DNA of 64,000 nucleotides from Gammaproteobacteria bacterium (GTDB lineage: Bacteria > Pseudomonadota > Gammaproteobacteria > Pseudomonadales > Azotimanducaceae): positions 144,764 to 208,763 of the forward strand of contig JAYPPR010000003.1 of the NCBI GenBank assembly GCA_038131595.1, read 5' to 3'. Made by a program: the position numbers and the translations under genes. Of this stretch, positions 57,381 through 64,000 are shown piece after piece. The stretch's first letter is position 1; each line of letters starts with the position of its first letter. Below the pieces are notes generated by a model. It was not told where the DNA came from, searched no databases, and saw only the letters and a program-made list of their open reading frames with translations.

Positions 57381-57971
57381 ATGGAGTCTTGGGTGAGCCC
57401 GCGTCACTTGATGTCCTTAAACGCGTGGCGCTCGATTTTTAAAGACACAGGACTTCTCGGTGAAGATCCAGATCGCTACGGGGGCTACGGCTTCGGTAAT
57501 TTGAGTGTTCGGACAGACCGAGGGTTCCTCATTACCGGATCCCAAACAGGGAATCTCAGTACGACTTCTAGTTCACATTACGCGGAAGTTGTTGCTTGGT
57601 CGCTTGAAGACAATGCAGTGTCTGCCATGGGGCCCATTCGACCTTCATCAGAAGCGCTAACCCACGCCGCGATCTATGACGCATTTGAATCGATCCGTTA
57701 TGTATTTCATGTTCATTCGCCGGATATCTGGAGGCAGTCACAGTGGCTCGGCCTACCCTCAACATCGGCGGATATCGCATACGGGACGGTAGACATGGCG
57801 CTGGCGTTGAAGAAGCTAGCCGGCGCATCGGGTCCAGAGGGCATCATGACGATGTTAGGGCACGAAGATGGTGTCATGTCCTGGGGTGCGAGCGCAGAGA
57901 CAGCTGGCACCCACATGGTATGTGCGCTCGCTCGAGCAAAGTCGTCGCCGGCCGCGGAATTTGAACACTAG
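57381..57971 (+). CDS. class II aldolase/adducin-family protein (MtnB dehydratase-like or Ald2/DrdA aldolase-like); N-terminus probably disrupted
   Basis: GFGNLSVR, ITGSQTG, the metal-ligand context PSSEALTHAAIY...FHVHS and LGHEDGVMSWG are present. See the finding on the upstream frame that starts at GTG 57335. Confidence 0.75.
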   Translation: MESWVSPRHLMSLNAWRSIFKDTGLLGEDPDRYGGYGFGNLSVRTDRGFLITGSQTGNLSTTSSSHYAEVVAWSLEDNAVSAMGPIRPSSEALTHAAIYDAFESIRYVFHVHSPDIWRQSQWLGLPSTSADIAYGTVDMALALKKLAGASGPEGIMTMLGHEDGVMSWGASAETAGTHMVCALARAKSSPAAEFEH

Positions 57972-58246
57972 GGCGCTGATCGTGCCGCTTATCCTCTCGC
58001 AACAGCCGTTGCCAGGAATGGCACCAACGCATTCTGTTACATGGCGGGGAGTGGTTTCCGACCGAGCAACCGACAACAGCGTTTGGTCCGACCTGTGGAG
58101 GCTTGAAACCAAGCAAAGGCCAAGAAATGAAAAGACAAAGAAAAGGGGCGAGTTAACAGCGGTCTAAAGGTCGTATTTAAGAAACAGCGCTAGGATGCTA
58201 TGGTCTGCATGAAATCTCGATAACGTAAGGTGAGGCGGGGATCGTT

Positions 58247-59104
58247 ATGCTTGAGAACAAAGGGTTGCTGATTGCTATCGGTGTGACGCTGCTTGTCGCA
58301 ATCGGCCTGGGGGTGGCTGTCCTTAATGAAGAGCCAGAGCCTGCGCCTACCGTGGTAACCGAGATAGCTATTCCTGAGCCTCCCGAGCCAGAGCCAGACC
58401 CGCTGCCCGAACCAGAACCTGAGCCAGAACCCGAGCCAGAGCCCGAGCCAGAGGTGATTGAGGCACCTGAAGCGGTTGTTGAGCCGTCAGAGCCTGCCTT
58501 TATCCTCCCACTGCTCGATGCGAGCGATGCGCTGGTCCGAGACGCGCTGGTGAGTCTAAGCCGGCACGAAGGTTTGCATCGTTGGCTAGCAGTTGACGAT
58601 CTCATTCGAAAGTTTGTCGGTTTTACCCAAGGAGTGTCAGAGGGGCGCGTCATACGCGCTGCTGTCCAGGTCTTGGCACCACGAACAGGCTTTTCGGCAA
58701 TCCGAGTGGGTGACAACGCGTTTATTTTGAACCCGGCCAGTTATGCGAGATACGACACGTTTACTTGGATTATTGACTCGGTAGATGCAGAGGCGCTGGC
58801 AGACTTTTATGTACTGATCACCCCACTACTGGATCAAGCCTATAAGGAACTGGGGATGCCAGACCCGGATTTCGATCGAGTTGTCTTCGCCGCTATCGGG
58901 TTACTGCTTGAGACGCCGGTGGTCGAAGGTGAGATTGGGCTCGAGCGACCGGTGGTGATGTATGAATTTGCGGATGACAGTCTTGAGTCCTTACAGCCCG
59001 CGCAGAAGCAACTCGTGAGAATGGGGCCTGCGAATACCAAGAGAATCAAAAGCAAGCTATCAGAGGTGGCCAGGGCACTGAGAAGTGCTCGAAACAATCC
59101 TTAG
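58247..59104 (+). CDS. membrane-anchored DUF3014-like protein with Pro/Glu repeat linker
   Basis: It has an N-terminal TM (LLIAIGVTLLVAIGLGVAV), a PEPEPEPE linker and a conserved C-domain (LPLLDASDALVRDAL...RKFVGFT...) that I recall as DUF3014. Confidence 0.7.
   Translation: MLENKGLLIAIGVTLLVAIGLGVAVLNEEPEPAPTVVTEIAIPEPPEPEPDPLPEPEPEPEPEPEPEPEVIEAPEAVVEPSEPAFILPLLDASDALVRDALVSLSRHEGLHRWLAVDDLIRKFVGFTQGVSEGRVIRAAVQVLAPRTGFSAIRVGDNAFILNPASYARYDTFTWIIDSVDAEALADFYVLITPLLDQAYKELGMPDPDFDRVVFAAIGLLLETPVVEGEIGLERPVVMYEFADDSLESLQPAQKQLVRMGPANTKRIKSKLSEVARALRSARNNP
58373..58453 (+). repeat. in-frame hexanucleotide (CCNGAR) repeat encoding (PE)n
   Basis: Read directly: cctgagcctcccgagccagagccagacccgctgcccgaaccagaacctgagccagaacccgagccagagcccgagccagag. 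Confidence 0.8.
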
Positions 59105-59112
59105 ACTCTCTA

Positions 59113-60295
59113 ATGGCTAAGCCCCTCGCTAACATTCGCGTGCTTGATCTGAGCATCGTCCGAGCCGGGCCGGTTGCGGTAAGACTGCTGGCGGATTGGG
59201 GTGCCGATGTTATCCGCATAGAACAGCCAAGGTCCGATGACTCGGGAGGCGTGACCGGGTCGATGCAATCTTCAGATGCACAAAACCTGCATCGAAATAA
59301 ACGTGGGCTCACGCTGGATCTAAAGCATCCAAAGGGCTATGCCGTACTCGAGCGGCTAGTTCGAACTGCCGACGTGCTGGTTGAAAACTTCAAAACCGAT
59401 GTCAAGCACCGCCTCAAGATTGACTACGAATCCCTTTCTAAACTGAACCCTCGTTTAATCGTCGGGAGTATTAGTGGATTTGGTCAAGAGGGCCCGTACG
59501 CCAGTCGCCCAGGGTTCGATCAGATCATTCAAGGGATGAGTGGGCTTATGAGTCTCACTGGTTCTCCAGATGGGGAACCTATGCGCGCGGGTATTGCGGT
59601 GAGTGATACCTCTGCGGGTATGTTCCTGGGACAAGGGATATTGCTGGCCTTATTAGAGCGGCAACAAACGGGTCGAGGGCAATGGGTCCATACGAGCTTG
59701 CTCGAGGCGATGCTCAGCAAGCTCGATTTTCAGGGTTCAAGATACACAATGGACGGAGATAGTCCGGGTAGGGAAGGCAATCATCATCCAACAGCTGCGC
59801 CTATGGGCGTCTTTAGAGCGTCTGATGGATTTGTCAATTTGGCAGCGACCTCGGGAAGAATGTGGCGGGCATTTTGTAAGAAGTTATCGCTCGATGCGCT
59901 CTTAGAGGATCCCCGGTTTGAAACCAATCAGCAGCGGGTAAAGCATCGTGAGGCACTGATTGAGTTGATTGAAAGCAAGACTGCGCAGAAAACACAAGCG
60001 TCGCTGATTACAGAGTTAAACGCGATAGGGTGCCCGTGTGGGACCTATATACACAGTTGCCGAAGCCTTTGATGACCCTCAGGCTCGAGCGCTTCAAATG
60101 CGACTGCCCACTGATCACTCGGAAAGAGGGCAGGTCGACCTTGTTCGTTCGCCCATTAATCTTTCAAATCACCCCAACGCCCATGATCAGGCGCGTGCGG
60201 TACCCTACCGCGGGCAGCACACCTTTGAGATCTTGCAGGCGGCGGGATTAAGTGAAACAGAGCTCAAGTCGTTGAAAGATGAAGGCGTCATTTAA
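59113..60295 (+). pseudogene. family III (CaiB/BaiF) CoA-transferase with a +1 frame disruption near 60040-60042
   Basis: ORF 59113..60072 has LANIRVLDLSIVRAGPVAVRLLADWGADVIRIE. ORF 60038..60295, in the next frame, continues GPIYTVAEAFDDPQARALQM...VRSPINLS. The span of 1183 nt is 394 codons plus 1 nt. Confidence 0.8.
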
Positions 60296-60331
60296 CGAGT
60301 TGGCCTAGGCTGCGCACAAGGTGGATTTGGC

Positions 60332-61135
60332 ATGAAGCAAATTAAGCTAACGACCGAGAAAATGTTGCTTGAGACAAACGGCCCAGTGAGTTGGATTACG
60401 TTTAATCAGCCTGAAAAGCGAAATGCCATTTCGCTAGCGATGTGGGAAGGGCTAGCTGAGGCTCTCGCATTGTCTATGGAGGACGAGTCGATCAAGGTGA
60501 TTGTTCTCAAAGGAGCGGGCGGTCAAGCATTCGTGTCCGGCGCCGACATATCGGAATTCGATCAGAAGCGTAATTCGGCTGAGGCTAAAGCGGCGTATGC
60601 GCAAATTGCTGGGCAAGCGTCTCGATACTTGCGTCAATCCGATAAGCCGGTGATTGCGTTGATCGAGGGTTACTGCATCGGCGGCGGGCTCGCAACGGCG
60701 CTCCAGGCAGATGTCCGCTTTGCTACACCTGGCTCGACGTTTGGCATTCCCGCCGCACGATTGGGGCTTGGATACGAGTACGAGGGGTTGCGGCTTCTAA
60801 CACAGATCGTAGGCCCCTCTCGAGCAAGAGACATCATGATGTCAGCGCGGCTGTTTAAAGCGGATGAGGCGCTCGCGATGGGACTCGTTAATTTTGTCGA
60901 GTCTGAAGGGGATATCTATGAAGCGGTCGCGGCTTACGCAGAGCGCATCGCTTCCAATGCGCCACTGACTATTCGCGCTGCTCGTGCTGCGATCAGTGAT
61001 GTCATGCTCGAGGCCTCAAAGCGAGATAGGTCTGGTGTGCAGGCGCTCATCGATGCTTGTTTTGATAGTGAGGACTACCGAGAGGGTCGCCGGGCCTTTG
61101 CTGAAAAACGGCCGCCTCAGTTTAGAGGCAAATAG
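60332..61135 (+). CDS. enoyl-CoA hydratase/isomerase (crotonase) family protein
   Basis: ITFNQPEKRNAI, VLKGAGGQAFVSGADI and FAEKRPPQFRG are present. Confidence 0.85.
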   Translation: MKQIKLTTEKMLLETNGPVSWITFNQPEKRNAISLAMWEGLAEALALSMEDESIKVIVLKGAGGQAFVSGADISEFDQKRNSAEAKAAYAQIAGQASRYLRQSDKPVIALIEGYCIGGGLATALQADVRFATPGSTFGIPAARLGLGYEYEGLRLLTQIVGPSRARDIMMSARLFKADEALAMGLVNFVESEGDIYEAVAAYAERIASNAPLTIRAARAAISDVMLEASKRDRSGVQALIDACFDSEDYREGRRAFAEKRPPQFRGK

Positions 61136-61254
61136 CGGAAGCGGCGAACAAAATTGAAACTCGCACGCTCGCATGGTTTCTCCTTTTCGCTGGAGATATA
61201 ACGCTAGGGATATAAAAACTAGGGTAGAGATAAAGGAAGTGTGATGGGTCTCGG

Positions 61255-62565
61255 TTAGCGCTCCCTCATCGCATTGGCGGTGGCTCGTTTTACCGGCTTC
61301 AGCAAATAGTCTAGCACTGTCTTTTCGCCGGTGATGATGTCCACCGAGGCAACCATCCCAGTCATGATCGGCAGAGGCGCGAGCTCGGTGCCGAGATAGT
61401 TCTTTTCCGTACGTACCCTGATCTCAAAAAAGTGCTCGCCGGTTTCGTCGACAATGGTGTCGGCGCCAATGCGTTCAAGTCTGGCCTCAAGGCCGCCATA
61501 GATGGCGAAATCATAGGCAGTGAGTTTTACCATAGCCTTCTGCCCTGGGCGGATGAAGGCGATATCAACAGGTCTAACCTTTGCATTCACTAGGAGCGTG
61601 TCATTGGTTGGCACAATCTCAATGAGGTCCATGCCAGGCTGTATGACTGCTCCCTCTGTCGTGACGAGGATTCGGTTAACGACGCCATCCACGGGCGATC
61701 GAACTTCGGTTCGATCCACGCGATCTTGCAAAGCAACTTTGGAGTAAGTCAGCCTTGATAATTCTGCTCGGACTAATGTGAGTTCCTCCTGAGCTGAGCT
61801 TTTAAACTGCTGTTGCCTCTCCAGGATTTTCTCCTCGGCTTCCTGAATCATTGATTCAGCACTCGGAGCCTTTAGCTGTGCTGTTTCGAGTCGGCCGCTC
61901 GCTTCATTGACCGCCATCCGCAGACGGAGCAGCTCAACTTGGGAGACCGCGCCTTTCGCGACGAGTGGCTCGGTTATCTCCAGTTCCTGCTCCGCAAGAG
62001 CGGCGTTCTCGGCGAGTTTTTGCAATTCGCGGTTTAATTCCTCTCTCGCTTGAATGTGTTGCTGGCGTTGCTCGCGCAAGATGGCAATCGCACTCGCTAA
62101 CTCAGTTTTGCGTGATTCGAAAAGGCGTAATTCCTCTTGGAACAGTATCGCTTGGTCAATGGTTAGATTTTCTGGAGATTTGAGTCCTTGTTCCGATATT
62201 TCTGCTTCGAGACGCAGGGCTCGGTAGTTCAGTGCGTCGATTGACGCTTCATTCTCTTTGAACGACGAATTGAAGCGGGTGTCGTCGATACGTAGCAGCG
62301 GCGCGCCTTTTTTGACTTGATCACCAACGTTGACGTTGATTTCTCGGAGAATGCCTCCCTCCAGATTTTGAATCGTTTGGATTTGACTGGAAGGGATAAC
62401 GCGGCCTGTGGCTCGTGTTACTTCGTCGAGGGTCGCGTAGTTTGCCCATAGCAGCGCGATAGAAACGAACAGCGCAATACTCCAGAGTAACCAATGCGCC
62501 AGCGGGTTGCCTTTGCTATCGGTCTCAAGCCCTGTCCGGTTAAGTTCGTTGAGGAATCGGTTCAT
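61255..62565 (-). CDS. HlyD-family type I secretion periplasmic adaptor (membrane fusion protein)
   Basis: It has an N-terminal TM, a long coiled-coil, lipoyl/barrel motifs (VIPSSQIQTIQNLEGGIL, RSPVDGVV) and the C-terminal ITGEKTVLDYLLKP. Confidence 0.9.
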   Translation of the reverse strand: MNRFLNELNRTGLETDSKGNPLAHWLLWSIALFVSIALLWANYATLDEVTRATGRVIPSSQIQTIQNLEGGILREINVNVGDQVKKGAPLLRIDDTRFNSSFKENEASIDALNYRALRLEAEISEQGLKSPENLTIDQAILFQEELRLFESRKTELASAIAILREQRQQHIQAREELNRELQKLAENAALAEQELEITEPLVAKGAVSQVELLRLRMAVNEASGRLETAQLKAPSAESMIQEAEEKILERQQQFKSSAQEELTLVRAELSRLTYSKVALQDRVDRTEVRSPVDGVVNRILVTTEGAVIQPGMDLIEIVPTNDTLLVNAKVRPVDIAFIRPGQKAMVKLTAYDFAIYGGLEARLERIGADTIVDETGEHFFEIRVRTEKNYLGTELAPLPIMTGMVASVDIITGEKTVLDYLLKPVKRATANAMRER

Positions 62566-64000
62566 GATCGCTGCTGATTGGTTTGCGAGAGACGACTAAG
62601 GACGTGATCTTTGGGGCCGTCCATGATGATCTGCCCCTCTCTCAGCACGACCAAACGATCCACTAACGCGAGCAATTGGCTTCTGTGGGTCATTAGAATC
62701 AGCGTTTTGTCTGTGAGATAGCGCGAAAGCGAGCTAATGAGCGCCTGCTCAGCTTGTCCATCGAGCGCGTTGCTGGGCTCATCAAGTAAGACTAGCTTGG
62801 CGCCGCCCGCGATCGCGCGAGCGATTGCAATGGCTTGTTTCTGCCCCCCTGATAGTTTTCTTCCCTGCTCACCAACTTGCAGATCAAATCCTTCAGGGTG
62901 GGCATCTAGCTGGCGTTTAATGCCGGCGATCGAGGCTGCGTTGAGCACTGCCTCGTCTGGCAGACTGGGTTTACCCAAGCGGATGTTCTCGCTCACGCTG
63001 CCGCTGATGAGTGGCGCGTCTTGTGTTAGATAACTCATTTGTGGTCTGAGATCGATCGGGTCTATTTGGCGTATGTCCGTGCCACCAATCAGCACGCTTC
63101 CTTGGTCAGGTGTGTAAAAGCGGCAAATGAGCTGCGCGAGCGTGCTCTTACCGGATCCTGTCGGACCGATGATGCCAACGCGCTCGCCAGCCTCAATGTT
63201 GAGGTTGATGCCTGAGAGTGCCTTAAAGGGCTGCCCTTCGTAGGTGAAGTGAACGTCAACAAATCGCACCGAGGGAGAAAGCTGAGGGCGGTGGAGTGGC
63301 GCACTTTCTAGGTCTCTCTCCTGCGGCAGATGCATGAGATGATCAACCGAATCAAAAGCCGCCATGGCCTGTTGCGCGCGCGTGATCAGGCTCGCCAGTT
63401 GCGTCATGGGTTGGACGCTTCGACCCGTTAAGATCGTGCAGGCAATCAGTCCACCCATGGTTAGCTGGCCACTTTGAATGGCATAGACGCCTGCTGCGAC
63501 GACCAAAAGCGTCGTCATCCCTTGAACCCATTGAACAATATTGAGTGCTACTAATGTTCTCAATCGAGTGGCAAGCGATAGCTCAGCGAGTTCGGCTTGC
63601 TGGCGTTCCCAACGGTTCTGCATCTGACTTTCGGCATTTGAGGATTTGACGAGATCGAGTGCGTTTAGGGTCTCAATGAGTAATCCGCTTTTTCTAGCCG
63701 AGGCTTGCATCAGGTTTTCGATATGCGGCCGGAGCTGACGCTGCACAATGATGCCGGTGGCACAAATGATGAGAATGGCTAAGAGCGGGATAAGCGCAAT
63801 AGAACCACCAATTGCGAAGATAATCATGAGGTAGATTGCGACAAATGGAAGATCGATCAGCGCAGTCAGGGTCGATGAAGTGAGAAAATCTCTGAGTTGC
63901 TCGAAATCAAGCAACTGGTTGGCAAAGCTACCCACCTTACTGGGCCTTGCTGCTAAGGGTAGTCCCATCACTTGCTCGAAGGTCATGGCAGATAGCATGA
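62562..64000 (-). CDS. type I secretion system ABC permease/ATPase (HlyB/PrtD family), N-terminus outside window
   Basis: A TMD is followed by an NBD with Walker A GPTGSGKST, signature LSGGQKQ and Walker B LVLLDEP. Its stop overlaps the HlyD start (ATGA). The reading frame stays open to the window edge. Confidence 0.9.
   Translation of the reverse strand, partial: MLSAMTFEQVMGLPLAARPSKVGSFANQLLDFEQLRDFLTSSTLTALIDLPFVAIYLMIIFAIGGSIALIPLLAILIICATGIIVQRQLRPHIENLMQASARKSGLLIETLNALDLVKSSNAESQMQNRWERQQAELAELSLATRLRTLVALNIVQWVQGMTTLLVVAAGVYAIQSGQLTMGGLIACTILTGRSVQPMTQLASLITRAQQAMAAFDSVDHLMHLPQERDLESAPLHRPQLSPSVRFVDVHFTYEGQPFKALSGINLNIEAGERVGIIGPTGSGKSTLAQLICRFYTPDQGSVLIGGTDIRQIDPIDLRPQMSYLTQDAPLISGSVSENIRLGKPSLPDEAVLNAASIAGIKRQLDAHPEGFDLQVGEQGRKLSGGQKQAIAIARAIAGGAKLVLLDEPSNALDGQAEQALISSLSRYLTDKTLILMTHRSQLLALVDRLVVLREGQIIMDGPKDHVLSRLSQTNQQRS

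Noticed and set aside
58198-58716. 172-aa minus-strand ORF containing a (GS)n run
   Set aside because: It is the antisense translation of the (PE)n hexanucleotide repeat inside the well-supported DUF3014-like gene.
1-64000. Search for CRISPR arrays, rRNA/tRNA genes, IS elements, integrases, prophage or defence-system genes
   Set aside because: I recognised none on either strand. All long ORFs have metabolic, transport or secretion family signatures. The only repeats are the short tandem arrays reported above.

Overview
This is a gene-dense 64-kb chromosomal segment with about 55 protein-coding genes. By gene content it looks like a heterotrophic, probably marine, Gammaproteobacterium, but that taxonomic guess is low confidence. 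I found no rRNA, tRNA, CRISPR array, transposase, integrase or phage genes by eye, so this reads as core or metabolic DNA rather than a mobile island.

Gene content:
- Central metabolism: pgi (partial, left edge), leuC-leuD-cimA, korAB (2-oxoacid:ferredoxin oxidoreductase) and mtnA.
- Acyl-CoA and lipid-type catabolism: 2 acyl-CoA dehydrogenases, 2 crotonases, a family III CoA-transferase, a carboxyltransferase, an aldehyde dehydrogenase and an APH-like kinase.
- Three luciferase-like (LLM, F420-class) oxidoreductases.
- Several exported redox enzymes.
- An OxyR-like LysR regulator.
- A partial type I secretion system (HlyD plus ABC) at the right edge.

Most interesting observations:
1. A five-gene minus-strand cluster (14.7-20.2 kb) places a PQQ dehydrogenase and a cytochrome c next to a fumarylacetoacetate hydrolase (FAH)-family enzyme and an HpcH/HpaI aldolase. 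Both of the last two carry clear Sec-type signal peptides, which suggests a periplasmic oxidation plus C-C cleavage pathway.
2. An LLM-mtnA-class II aldolase operon resembles a non-canonical methylthioribose/5-deoxyribose (DHAP-shunt-like) module.
3. Five single-nucleotide frame disruptions break four genes (a GNAT acetyltransferase with two breaks, galT, the aldolase N-terminus and the CoA-transferase). All lie between 49.6 and 60.1 kb, and I detected none in the first 49 kb.
4. Degenerate tandem repeats carrying phased GAAAAG/AAAAAG A-tracts (12-bp and 18-bp periods) recur 70-260 bp upstream of several start codons.
5. A 41-aa transmembrane ORF with a good Shine-Dalgarno sequence (SD) and a candidate promoter is missing from the ORF track.

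All functional calls rest on motif recognition from the translations. No database search was run.
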